Positions 9,770 to 19,377 of a DNA stretch of 52,902 nucleotides are shown here, piece after piece; the first letter of the stretch is position 1, and every line of letters begins with the position of its first letter. The position numbers and the translations under genes were made by a program. The stretch covers positions 8,594-61,495 of the forward strand of contig CAZNAO010000002.1 of the NCBI GenBank assembly GCA_964571295.1. The letters run 5' to 3'. This stretch comes from an uncultured Gammaproteobacteria bacterium (lineage in GTDB: Bacteria > Patescibacteriota > Patescibacteriia > Magasanikbacterales > UBA922). The notes beneath the pieces were generated by a model, which did no database searches, was not told the DNA's origin, and saw only the letters and a program-made list of their open reading frames with translations.

Positions 9770-11569
9770 TTACATAAACTTACTCAACTCCTTTATTAAC
9801 CGATCTACTTCTGCTTGCTCACCTCGTGCTTCTGCTTCCGACAATCTAGCTTGGATAGTGACCCGATTCTCTTTATTCCATTCTGTTTTTATTCGAAGAG
9901 CAAGTGTTTCGACTTCTTTTCCCCGTGTATCGGGCGTAAATTCAGAAAAATCTTTTTCACCGAGCAACATGAGAACCTCCACAGGATTCTCGTGATTTTC
10001 CTCTGAATATCGATCACGAATGGAGCCAACTTCAATAGGAATAGACTGAGTATAACCTAACTTTATTATTTCGTAAAGATCGGTATGAATCGGTGTGGAA
10101 AATGGCCCGATTGTGAAAAATTGAGTAGGAAGTGAGGTCACGGTTTCTGGAAACGCCAGTATCAACCCAAAAAGTCGATCAAGTAAAATTTCGAGTCGTC
10201 CTTTTTGAATTGATTTTACGCTCGGCTCCGGTTTTTTTTCCACACCAAATGTCTTTTTTTGCCCACTTTTCAAAATGCGCAACATATCTTCACGAAGCAC
10301 TGATACATCCACCTGTAACCGGTGCGACAGCTGCGTTAACCAATGATCACGTTCGACTGCATACGGAATACGTGAAATCTCCTGCAAGAGTTCATTTGCT
10401 ATTTGTTGCTTCGCTTTAGGATCAGCGATATTTGCGTGCGCAAAGCTCCGATCAAAATACCAATTCATAATTTCTTTTGCATTCACAACCGCAGCAAACC
10501 ATGTTTCTTTGTTCTTCTTGATACATTCATCAGGATCTTTCCCTTGTCCTTCCGGAATTTCGATCACTTTCACATTCATACCTGCTTCGATCAACAGATC
10601 AATACCGCGTTTCGCTGCAGCAACCCCTGCCACATCTCCGTCAAACGACAACGCAATATTATTGGAATAACGCTTAAGGAGTGCGATCTGATGTTCGGTC
10701 AATGCGGTGCCACTGGTCGCGACGACATTGGTCATACCTGCCTGGTGGCACGCGATCACATCCATTTGCCCTTCGACCATGACGATCAGATCTTTCGCTT
10801 TGATTTCACGCTTTGCTTTATTTAGACCAAACAATACCCGTGATTTGTCATACAACATCGTTTGCGGCGTATTTACATATTTACCTCCCGAATGTTCGGT
10901 CTCGACCAAAACCCGCCCGGTAAACCCGACCACCGTATCATGCGCATCCCATATCGGAAACATGATACGCCCCCGAAACCGATCATAAAACCCGCGCATA
11001 CTCCTCGCATCCACCCCTTCTTTTTTGATTGCCAGCCCGCTCGCAAGGATATCATCAATCGCATGGCCTTTTTTCAACAAATATTTCACCAGCAAATCCC
11101 ATTGATCCGGTACGAATCCGATCTGCCACGCTTGAATCGTATCCCGACTCAATCCACGATTGATCAGATAGTCCTCTGCCGACTTTGACTGCGGTAATTT
11201 GGTCAGAATATAGTGGAAAAATTTTGCCGCCTCATGATTGATCGCTTTGATCCTGTTTTTCTGACTGGTCTCAACCGAACTTCCTGTTCGGGACAATTGC
11301 ACTCCCGCTTTATCGGCGAGAAATTTGAGTGCATCGCGGAATTCCATTCCTTCAAGTTCCTGGATAAACGAAAAAATATCGCCGCCCTTGCCACACCCGA
11401 AGCAGTGCCAGCTCTGACGTTCGCGATTCACCATAAACGACGGGCTTTTCTCGTGATGTATCGGGCACAAGCCCTTATGATTGATCCCTGCCGGCTTCAA
11501 TTGAATATATTCGGAAATCAAATCAACCACGTCTATTTTTTCTTTTATCTTGGAAATATCGTCGTTCAT
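9770..11569 (-). CDS. dnaG: DNA primase
   Basis: Zinc ribbon CPIHHEKSPSF...HCFGCGKGGD and Toprim EGQMDV. It lies upstream of rpoD, as in the classical dnaG-rpoD arrangement. Confidence 0.95.
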   Translation of the reverse strand: MNDDISKIKEKIDVVDLISEYIQLKPAGINHKGLCPIHHEKSPSFMVNRERQSWHCFGCGKGGDIFSFIQELEGMEFRDALKFLADKAGVQLSRTGSSVETSQKNRIKAINHEAAKFFHYILTKLPQSKSAEDYLINRGLSRDTIQAWQIGFVPDQWDLLVKYLLKKGHAIDDILASGLAIKKEGVDARSMRGFYDRFRGRIMFPIWDAHDTVVGFTGRVLVETEHSGGKYVNTPQTMLYDKSRVLFGLNKAKREIKAKDLIVMVEGQMDVIACHQAGMTNVVATSGTALTEHQIALLKRYSNNIALSFDGDVAGVAAAKRGIDLLIEAGMNVKVIEIPEGQGKDPDECIKKNKETWFAAVVNAKEIMNWYFDRSFAHANIADPKAKQQIANELLQEISRIPYAVERDHWLTQLSHRLQVDVSVLREDMLRILKSGQKKTFGVEKKPEPSVKSIQKGRLEILLDRLFGLILAFPETVTSLPTQFFTIGPFSTPIHTDLYEIIKLGYTQSIPIEVGSIRDRYSEENHENPVEVLMLLGEKDFSEFTPDTRGKEVETLALRIKTEWNKENRVTIQARLSEAEARGEQAEVDRLIKELSKFM

Positions 11570-11659
11570 ACTACTCTCGAGAGTACTCTATTGTGTACAA
11601 CTTGGCAAGATTTTATCCATGACTATTGACTTATACTGTCACCAGCATATACTTATTGC

Positions 11660-12120
11660 TTGTGCCTAGTGTTTATGGATGACCTACTCCCCCAACCTGG
11701 ATGCAATCCAGGTAAAGGAAAACCCGTCATGCGTGGTGTCATCGTGAATGGTGTTTCAAAATTGTTCTCTGTCCTGAGTTCTGGTCTGAAGCGTCTCCGT
11801 GCCAAGCGGAATCCTCACCAGAACCCTAGGACCTCTCCCGCCTCCACACAGAAGAAGGTCCGCGAGCGGCACACCCACTCCGCTGCTGCCCGTGACGAGA
11901 TGGATCTCATTGATTTCCGCTGACATAGCTCCCCAGTGAGCCTCTTCGTCACGGCCACTACGGCTGTAGTGCCTCGTTCCGACGAGGATCCTTTGTCGCC
12001 ACATTCGTGATCCAGGGGGAGGAGCCATCACACGCAAACACCGCTCGCATCCCCATTGCCGAACCCGATATCTATCGGATTTAGCAAAAGGAGAACCTAC
12101 GAGCGGTGTTTTTGTTTTTA
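11660..12120 (+). ncRNA. candidate large structured ncRNA of unknown class (strand tentative)
   Basis: 460-nt GC-rich intergenic block between dnaG and the kinase gene; only Arg-rich junk ORFs. Eight or more perfect helices, e.g. 11695-11702/11706-11713, 11778-11785/11817-11824, 11890-11898/11946-11954, 11956-11961/11966-11971 and 11972-11977/11982-11987. Promoter TTGACT(11626)-16 nt-TATACT. Terminal stem 12038-12047/12100-12109 is followed by TTTTTGTTTTT. Confidence 0.4.
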
Positions 12121-12131
12121 ACCTTAACGGA

Positions 12132-12839
12132 TTAAAGTTCAATAAACGGTCGGATTACGGTTCCTCTGAACTTTTTTCCCTCTATAGCCTTCTTCACCTC
12201 ATTCAGGTCACTACCTCGAACAATCGAGACGGTCATGCCATACTTTTCCGCGTCCCTGCTCGCGACCGGATCAAACGGAGAATTTTTCCCCGGTTCCCAC
12301 GCATTCCCTACAATTTCTTTCCGGTAGGTTTTCCAGTCGATCACTTCGACCTTTTCCGCATCAGGAAATTTGTTCGGGTCCTTGGTATACACATATTCGA
12401 TGTTCGACACATTCACGAGTTCTTTTGCCCCATATGCCCGCGCGAGCAATACCGCATCTGCGTCCGTACTGCATCCAGGCTTCCAGCCGCAGGCGACGAT
12501 AATCGATTTTTTGGTTTTGACCGGTTTGGTCGGATCACTGATTACTTCTTTATGCGCGTATTCACCAAAAAATAACCGTACAAAATTGGCATTAAGCCGC
12601 GTAGTCTCAATGCCGATCAGATCAAGCGTTTTTGCATCTGCTTTGATTACGCTTTTCAACCCTGTTTGATACGTCCGAGCAGTTGCTCCACCGCCAATAA
12701 CCAAAATAAAAGAGGTGCCTTTTTTTACCTCTGATAGAATTAACTGTTTGAATTTTTTGAGAAATTCGATGTTGAATCCGGTCGACGGGATAATAATTGA
12801 TCCACCGATTGAGAGAATTTTGGTTTGTCGTTTCGCCAT
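12132..12839 (-). CDS. amino-acid-kinase family protein, probable archaeal-type UMP kinase
   Basis: ILSIGGSIIIP and FILVIGGGATAR motifs, with size (235 aa) like archaeal-type PyrH. Confidence 0.65.
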   Translation of the reverse strand: MAKRQTKILSIGGSIIIPSTGFNIEFLKKFKQLILSEVKKGTSFILVIGGGATARTYQTGLKSVIKADAKTLDLIGIETTRLNANFVRLFFGEYAHKEVISDPTKPVKTKKSIIVACGWKPGCSTDADAVLLARAYGAKELVNVSNIEYVYTKDPNKFPDAEKVEVIDWKTYRKEIVGNAWEPGKNSPFDPVASRDAEKYGMTVSIVRGSDLNEVKKAIEGKKFRGTVIRPFIEL

Positions 12840-12948
12840 ACACGATAATGATTAAATTGACTAGCTCGCACTTTAAAACCGCTCGACGTGCGGTAGGCAG
12901 TCTTACCTTTTCCTGCACGATTCGAGCTATATTTTTTCATACATTTCC

Positions 12949-13290
12949 CTATTCTTTGGTAACCACACTTGAGATAATCCAGCTGGTAATACTAAAGAGT
13001 AATGCTCCCCAAAATGCTCCCCAGAACCCGCTTACTTCAAACCCTTTCACGATTGACGATGCAAACCAGAACATGAGCGCATTGATCACCAATGTGAAGA
13101 GTCCAAGTGTAATGATATTCACCGGTAGTGTCAAAATAAGGATCAACGGACGTATGAGCGCATTCACGATTCCAAGCACGATCACCGTAATGATTGCTGA
13201 ATACCATCCACCCAATTTGATCCCCTGGATGACATTGGAGATGAGAAGCAATGCTCCTGCATTGAGTAACAACCGAAGGACGAAAAGCAT
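12949..13290 (-). CDS. holin family 4 / DUF360 (YvlD-like) small membrane protein
   Basis: 113 aa with 3-4 TM helices. LIRPLILILTLPVNIITLGLF is typical of this family. Confidence 0.65.
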   Translation of the reverse strand: MLFVLRLLLNAGALLLISNVIQGIKLGGWYSAIITVIVLGIVNALIRPLILILTLPVNIITLGLFTLVINALMFWFASSIVKGFEVSGFWGAFWGALLFSITSWIISSVVTKE

Positions 13291-13418
13291 ATGGGATGTT
13301 TAAAATAATACTGTAAGTATAGCACAAAAGACCGATCACGCAATAGAGAAATCCTGTTATTTACAGAAAAAATATACTCAGGTACACTAGAAACGTTCAA
13401 AATAATGATGCAAAACAT

Positions 13419-14783
13419 ATGCCAGAACTGAAACTATATAATACGCTCACCCGAGAAATTGAAATATTCAAACCGATTGAAAACAAGAAGGTCGGACTCT
13501 ATACCTGTGGACCGACGGTATACAATTATCCTCACGTCGGAAACTATCGGGCATATGTCACCGCAGATATTCTTAAACGCGTCCTCATGACTCATGGATA
13601 CCAAGTGAACCATGTCATGAACCTTACCGACGTTGACGATAAAACTATTCGTGATTCGCAAAAAGAACATAAAAGTTTAAAAGAATTCACCGAGTACTAT
13701 ACTGAAAAATTTTACGAGGATTTATCAAAACTTAATATACAGCCCGCGACCATATACACTAAAGCAACGGACCACATCGGAGAAATGGTTGCAATTATTG
13801 AAAAACTTATTGAAAAAGGCTTCGCATACACGGACGACCACGGAAGTGTATATTTTAATGTTCAATCCTGGAAAGACTACGGGCACCTTTCCGGTCTTGA
13901 CCTACAGGCATTGAAACATAATGCGGCAGGCCGAATAACAAAAGATAATTACGACAAAGAGAATGCACATGATTTCGCGCTATGGAAGGCATGGGATGAA
14001 GCTGACGGCGAGGTATTTTGGGAAACTTCTCTCGGCAAAGGCCGCCCCGGTTGGCATATTGAATGCTCGGCAATGTCCATGAAACATCTAGGCAACCATT
14101 TTGATATCCATACCGGTGGCATCGATCTTATTTTTCCACATCACGAGAATGAAATCGCACAGTCAGAATGCTCGACTGGCGAACACTTCGTGAACTATTG
14201 GGTTCATAATGAATGGCTCTTGGTTGACGGTAAAAAAATGTCGAAATCAGATAAAAATTTCATCACCATACCTGAGCTTATCGAAAAAGAGTATTCCCCA
14301 CTTGCTTACCGCTATTTCTTATTGCAGGCACATTACCGAAAACAGCTCAATTTCACCTGGGAAGCACTTGAAGCTGCAGAAAATGGTATTAGAAATCTAT
14401 ACCGAACGATTCAATCACTCGGTTCTGAAGTTGGCAGTACCGATGAAGTATGGTACACGAAATTCCAAGATGCGCTTGCCGATGATTTGAATACACCACA
14501 AGCGCTTGCACTATTCCACGATATGCTCAAATCAGACATACCACCAGCATCAAAACTTGCAACCGCATATGCATGTGACGAAATTCTAGGCTTGGGATTA
14601 CAGCAAATCAAAAATCACTCCGTAGAAATTCCTGCCGCAGTGACCAGACTTCTCGAAGAACGTGCGAATGCTCGCGCGGAAAAAAACTGGTCCGAGAGTG
14701 ATCGACTCCGTGATGAGATCAATCGGCTCGGATTTGATATTGACGACACCGCAGACGGGCAGCGCCTCACCACCCGTGCATAA
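13419..14783 (+). CDS. cysS: cysteine--tRNA ligase
   Basis: HVGNYR (HIGH-type) and KMSKS motifs, plus WHIECS. Confidence 0.95.
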   Translation: MPELKLYNTLTREIEIFKPIENKKVGLYTCGPTVYNYPHVGNYRAYVTADILKRVLMTHGYQVNHVMNLTDVDDKTIRDSQKEHKSLKEFTEYYTEKFYEDLSKLNIQPATIYTKATDHIGEMVAIIEKLIEKGFAYTDDHGSVYFNVQSWKDYGHLSGLDLQALKHNAAGRITKDNYDKENAHDFALWKAWDEADGEVFWETSLGKGRPGWHIECSAMSMKHLGNHFDIHTGGIDLIFPHHENEIAQSECSTGEHFVNYWVHNEWLLVDGKKMSKSDKNFITIPELIEKEYSPLAYRYFLLQAHYRKQLNFTWEALEAAENGIRNLYRTIQSLGSEVGSTDEVWYTKFQDALADDLNTPQALALFHDMLKSDIPPASKLATAYACDEILGLGLQQIKNHSVEIPAAVTRLLEERANARAEKNWSESDRLRDEINRLGFDIDDTADGQRLTTRA

Positions 14784-14862
14784 CTTCTTCACATTTTGTA
14801 GCGGGCTGGTTTATTTTTTGCTATACTATACGCGCACGGATTTCCGTGTGCGTTTTCATGCT

Positions 14863-15405
14863 ATGGCAACACCGGACACTTTGAAACAAAATATACCCTC
14901 ATCTGAAATACCCGTAACAGAAGGTGCTTCTTTTCGAGTAGAACAGCAACCAAAACCACAACCTGAAAGCATAGTCCACTCCCCTGAAACGGAAAAGTCA
15001 TCCGAAACTGAATCGCAACCAAAACCACAACCTGAAAATGTAGAATCAGCAATTCAGTCATTGACCCAAAAATTACGCGGCAACAAAAAAAAGAAAACCG
15101 AGATCCCGACCATCAAAGACGAAATTACCCGACGCGTCGAGCGCGTGATGGAAGAAGGATTGGGAGATGCCTACCGCGAATTGACCGTAGTACAGCAACA
15201 GGAATTCAAAATCAAAGGAGAAGAAACGGCGTGGAAAATACGACAACTACTCAAACGCGGACATATCAAGATAAAGGAAATTTTCAAATTGCTCGTGGAA
15301 TGGCTACGCCTCCTACCGGGGATCAATAAATTTTTTATCGAACAAGAAGCAAAGATAAAAGCGGACAAAATTCTGGCACTGAGCAAACATCAACGCTTCG
15401 AATAA
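14863..15405 (+). CDS. hypothetical protein with duplicated QPKPQPE segment
   Basis: In-frame ATG at 14863 after the cysS stop. The 23-nt DNA repeat gcaaccaaaaccacaacctgaaa occurs twice, 72 nt apart. The gene ends 5 nt before the ATPase gene. Confidence 0.55.
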   Translation: MATPDTLKQNIPSSEIPVTEGASFRVEQQPKPQPESIVHSPETEKSSETESQPKPQPENVESAIQSLTQKLRGNKKKKTEIPTIKDEITRRVERVMEEGLGDAYRELTVVQQQEFKIKGEETAWKIRQLLKRGHIKIKEIFKLLVEWLRLLPGINKFFIEQEAKIKADKILALSKHQRFE

Positions 15406-15410
15406 TTCCT

Positions 15411-17990
15411 ATGTTACCACTGCTGCAATTCACTACCGGATTTCCTGAAGAAACCTCACTCGTCGTACCTACCGGGATCACTATCCCGTTTTTTACAGTG
15501 ATTGTTGCGGCAGTAACTCTCATATCAATGATAGCTATTATTCTGATTATCCGAAGTGTTCTCCATTCGGTTCATCAGGTACGGAAAGCATTTGATCGTA
15601 CCGTACTCCATATTCTCGTACCCAAAGAACGCAAATCCGAAGGTTCGGGAAATGCATCTCAGGAAGACCGTCTTGAACAAGTGAAAGAAGAAATTGGAAT
15701 CACTGAAACATTCTTCTCCACCGTTGCCGGACTGAAGCCTGAGCACGGACTCGGAAAATGGTTTACCGGTCGAAATGACCACATCTCATTTGAATTAGTG
15801 GTTGACAATGGACTCATCAACTTCTATATCGCGGTCCCACACAAATTCAAGCCGTTTGTTGAACAACAGATCAATGCGCAATACCCCTACGCACATATCG
15901 AAGAAATCACCGACTATAATATTTTTACTGAAAAAAGTTCCATTGTGGGGGCGTATCTTAAAGCAAAAGACGCTGCACCACTCCCTTTTAAAACCTATAA
16001 AAAAATGGATTCCGATCCCCTGTCCGGCATACTCAATGCACTCGCCCGGATCCACGAGGCAGACAGTTCTGCTGCAATCCAATTCGTACTTCGTCCTGCG
16101 TATAAAAAATGGCGTCGCGAAGGGGTACGCATCGTTCGCGAAGTCCGAAAAGGAAAACGGTTTGAAGAGGTGGTTGGTGGAAAACATTCAATCGGAGGTT
16201 TTTTAAACTCATTCAGTGCTGAAGCGAAACGGCAGGTTCTTGATCTCAATACCACAGAAACAACAAAGGAAGCATACCAACTCTCAGCTCTCGAAGAAGA
16301 AATGCTCAAAGGAATCGAAGAAAAACTGATCAAAGGAGGGCTCGATGTCACGATTCGTGTCGTATCAGCATCTGACAATCCAGAGCTTGCCCGCATGAAT
16401 CTCGACAATATCGTCAATTCGTTCGGCCCGTACAATCTCTACCGGTACGGCAATTCACTGGAAGCGATCGTTCCCAAAAATCCGCAAAGCATTATCCGAT
16501 CGTTCATCTACCGCTCATTTCATGAAAAGCGCCACAGTATCCTCAATACCGAAGAAATGGCAGGATTCTGGCATCTGCCGCTTCACTCGACTGAAGCTCC
16601 GAATATCAAGTGGCTCCTTGCGCGTAAAGCTCCACCACCACCCAACCTCCCTACAAGCGGTATCGATCTCGGACGAGTCATCTATCGCGGGCAGGAATAT
16701 CCCGTGAAGATGAAAGACGAGGACCGTCGCCGTCATCTCTATGTCATTGGAAAATCCGGAAGCGGGAAATCAGTGTTCATCGAAAACCTTGCGGTGCAGG
16801 ATGTGATCAATGGCAAGGGTCTTGCGGTTATTGACCCTCATGGAGATTTTGCTGAATACGTACTCGAACACATCCCGAAAGAACGCGCTGACGACGTCAT
16901 CATCTTCAATCCATCTGATTTCGAGCGACCGATCGGACTCAACATGCTTGAAGCAAAAAGTGAGGATGAAAAAGACTTTGCGGTGCAAGAAATGATCGCG
17001 ATCTTCTACAAACTCTTCCCTCCTGAGATGATCGGACCCATGTTCGAACACAACATGCGAAATGTGATGTTGACCCTCATGGCCGACCTCGATAATCCAG
17101 GCACCATAATAGATATTCCCCGCATGTTCACTGATGATGCGTATGTCAAAAAATATCTGGTGAAATTAAAAGATCCGGTTGTACGTGCATTCTGGGAAAA
17201 AGAAATGGCAAAGACGAGTGATTTCCATAAATCGGAGATGCTTGGATACCTTATCTCGAAAGTCGGACGATTCGTAGAGAATGAAATGATGCGGAATATC
17301 ATGGGACAGCAAAAATCAGGATTTGATTTTCGTGATATCATGGATAACCAGAAGATCCTGATCGTCAACCTTGCTAAAGGAAAAACCGGTGAAGTGAATG
17401 CGAAACTTATCGGCCTCATCATCGTCGCGAAGCTCCAAATGGCGGCACTCGGCCGCGCTGACCTTCCGGAAGATCAGCGCAAGGACTTCTATCTCTATAT
17501 CGACGAGTTCCAAAATTTCATCACTGATTCGATCGCCACCATCCTTTCCGAAGCCCGCAAGTACCGGCTCGACCTCATCATTGCGCATCAGTATCTCGGA
17601 CAACTGACTGATGAAAAAGGCAAATCGGATATCAAGGATGCGGTTCTTGGAAACGCAGGTACTATGGCAGCCTTCCGTATCGGTCCTGAAGACTCGGAAT
17701 TGCTTGCCAAGGAATTTGCACCTGTATTTGGCCCCTATGACCTTATGAATGTCGAGAAATTCACCGCCAATATCAAACTGCTTATCGACAATGAACCCAC
17801 CAAGCCCTTTAATATGGCAACCTACCCCCCAACTCGGGGAAACAGAGAATTGGGTAATGCTATCCGCGAACTCTCACGCCTCAAACACGGCCGTGATCGA
17901 CGGATTGTGGAAGCTGAGATACTTGAACGTACCAAACTCGGAGAAAGTACCGAGGGAAGTAAAACAGACATGATCGAGGCGAGTCTGTAA
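15411..17990 (+). CDS. VirD4/TraD-like (type IV coupling protein-like) P-loop ATPase, N-terminal TM
   Basis: Walker A YVIGKSGSGKS, Walker B FYLYIDEFQNF, and the AHQYLGQL motif typical of the TraG/TraD C-terminal region. An N-terminal hydrophobic helix is present. Confidence 0.75.
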   Translation: MLPLLQFTTGFPEETSLVVPTGITIPFFTVIVAAVTLISMIAIILIIRSVLHSVHQVRKAFDRTVLHILVPKERKSEGSGNASQEDRLEQVKEEIGITETFFSTVAGLKPEHGLGKWFTGRNDHISFELVVDNGLINFYIAVPHKFKPFVEQQINAQYPYAHIEEITDYNIFTEKSSIVGAYLKAKDAAPLPFKTYKKMDSDPLSGILNALARIHEADSSAAIQFVLRPAYKKWRREGVRIVREVRKGKRFEEVVGGKHSIGGFLNSFSAEAKRQVLDLNTTETTKEAYQLSALEEEMLKGIEEKLIKGGLDVTIRVVSASDNPELARMNLDNIVNSFGPYNLYRYGNSLEAIVPKNPQSIIRSFIYRSFHEKRHSILNTEEMAGFWHLPLHSTEAPNIKWLLARKAPPPPNLPTSGIDLGRVIYRGQEYPVKMKDEDRRRHLYVIGKSGSGKSVFIENLAVQDVINGKGLAVIDPHGDFAEYVLEHIPKERADDVIIFNPSDFERPIGLNMLEAKSEDEKDFAVQEMIAIFYKLFPPEMIGPMFEHNMRNVMLTLMADLDNPGTIIDIPRMFTDDAYVKKYLVKLKDPVVRAFWEKEMAKTSDFHKSEMLGYLISKVGRFVENEMMRNIMGQQKSGFDFRDIMDNQKILIVNLAKGKTGEVNAKLIGLIIVAKLQMAALGRADLPEDQRKDFYLYIDEFQNFITDSIATILSEARKYRLDLIIAHQYLGQLTDEKGKSDIKDAVLGNAGTMAAFRIGPEDSELLAKEFAPVFGPYDLMNVEKFTANIKLLIDNEPTKPFNMATYPPTRGNRELGNAIRELSRLKHGRDRRIVEAEILERTKLGESTEGSKTDMIEASL

Positions 17991-18035
17991 AAAAATAAAA
18001 CCAAACAGCACATTAACTCAGTAACCAACACCAAT

Positions 18036-18785
18036 ATGGACCACATTTCGAATCTACTTAACTTTTCAACTGCAAATCACGACGGGGACAATACTCCTCC
18101 TGATGACATGAATATCAGCCGCGGGATTCCCACATTTGATGATTTGCCGCTCGCATCAACCCAGAAATCTCCTGAGAAAGAGAACAGTAACACAGGACAA
18201 CCACAACAAGTGCAAACGGAAGATCAAGTATCTGCCAAATCCTCTGAGCTCAACATCCCTGACCTCAAGAAACGTCTCTACACACTAAAAGATGAGATTT
18301 CTTCAATTATCCGACTACTTGAAACTGGGACAACAGCACCGGAATTATCTAGTAACACCAGCCGACCAAAACCTACCCAGACAGAAGGCTCTCAGATAAT
18401 GACACCCTCAGGAGAGCAAATCATCGAAGGAGTGTTTACTGGAGAAAAAATGCGAGGACCAGACGGACACGAGTATGTGGTTCCGCCGAATTATGCAAGT
18501 AAATCGAAACTGGTCGAAGGCGACCGTATGAAATTGACGATTACGAATTACGGAAAGTTTATCTACAAACAGATCGGGCCAATCGAGCGTAAGCGCATTA
18601 TCGGCGTACTTCAGTTTGACGAAGCGACCCAGATGTGGAGCGTCGTACACGAAGGAAACACTTATAAAATCCTTACTGCATCAGCCACCTTCTATCACGG
18701 GAAACCCGGTGACCACGTCGTCATTCTCGTACCGAAAGATATGGCGTGTAGTTGGGGTGCAGTTGAGAATATTATTGCATCGTAA
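18036..18785 (+). CDS. hypothetical protein (disordered N-terminal half, beta-rich C-terminal domain)
   Basis: 249-aa ORF co-directional with and directly downstream of the ATPase. No motif recognised. Confidence 0.55.
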   Translation: MDHISNLLNFSTANHDGDNTPPDDMNISRGIPTFDDLPLASTQKSPEKENSNTGQPQQVQTEDQVSAKSSELNIPDLKKRLYTLKDEISSIIRLLETGTTAPELSSNTSRPKPTQTEGSQIMTPSGEQIIEGVFTGEKMRGPDGHEYVVPPNYASKSKLVEGDRMKLTITNYGKFIYKQIGPIERKRIIGVLQFDEATQMWSVVHEGNTYKILTASATFYHGKPGDHVVILVPKDMACSWGAVENIIAS

Positions 18786-18869
18786 ATATAAAAGCCACAA
18801 AGGGTACAAAAGCACATCACCTTTGTTACTTTTGTACCCTGTATTTCCATTTATAATTCTGTATAAATC

Positions 18870-18897
18870 AAAAGCCCCCGAATTACCGGGGACTTTT
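18870..18897. terminator. bidirectional intrinsic terminator
   Basis: AAAAGCCCCCG-AATTAC-CGGGGACTTTT hairpin between convergent genes. Confidence 0.6.
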
Positions 18898-18916
18898 AAT
18901 ATAAACAAAATTTGAT

Positions 18917-19180
18917 TTAGGCAGCGCTCAAATGGTTGTTTACGAGCTTAGCCATTTCAAACATGGTTACTTCACTCTTACCACCAAAGATTGCTTTGAG
19001 CTTGTCATCAGCCAAAATGTTTCGTTTGTTTTTCGGATTCTGAAGATCATGCTTCTTGATGTATTCCCACATTTTCTTTACTACCTGTGATCGAGGCATT
19101 GGGCCTGCTCCTACTACTGCTGCGAGCTCCGAAGAGACCTTGTAGGGTCGGAGGAGTGCTGGATTTGCTTTGCGTGGCAT
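18917..19180 (-). CDS. SWIB/MDM2 domain protein
   Basis: 87 aa. VVKKMWEYIKKHDLQNPKNKRNILADDKLKAIFG is the classic SWIB pattern. Confidence 0.85.
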   Translation of the reverse strand: MPRKANPALLRPYKVSSELAAVVGAGPMPRSQVVKKMWEYIKKHDLQNPKNKRNILADDKLKAIFGGKSEVTMFEMAKLVNNHLSAA

Positions 19181-19377
19181 AGAGATATGATTAAATTATT
19201 AAATGGTTTATCGCGAGCTCTATTGACAGAGTGGTCTCACGATTACTATGCACTGCTAGTATAGCACTGAGGGTATTCCCTCGCAAGAGGGTACCCCTCC
19301 TCTCGATTTGTATGCTCAAAAAAACTACGATATACTATTGTTCTATTTTGATCACTTTGCACACTTATTGAAACCCT

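Noticed and set aside
7943-12120. tmRNA (ssrA) as the identity of either orphan structured locus
   Set aside because: Neither locus has a tRNA-like T-arm (GGTTCGAnnCC) on either strand. Neither has a 5' GGGG / 3' complementary acceptor pair with G3:U. Neither has a short tag ORF ending in a typical ...AA stop.
11660-12142. 87-aa (+) and 128-aa (-) ORFs in the dnaG-upstream GC-rich block
   Set aside because: Both are Arg/Gly/Pro-rich and overlap each other, as expected from random frames in GC-rich DNA. Neither has motifs or a convincing RBS.
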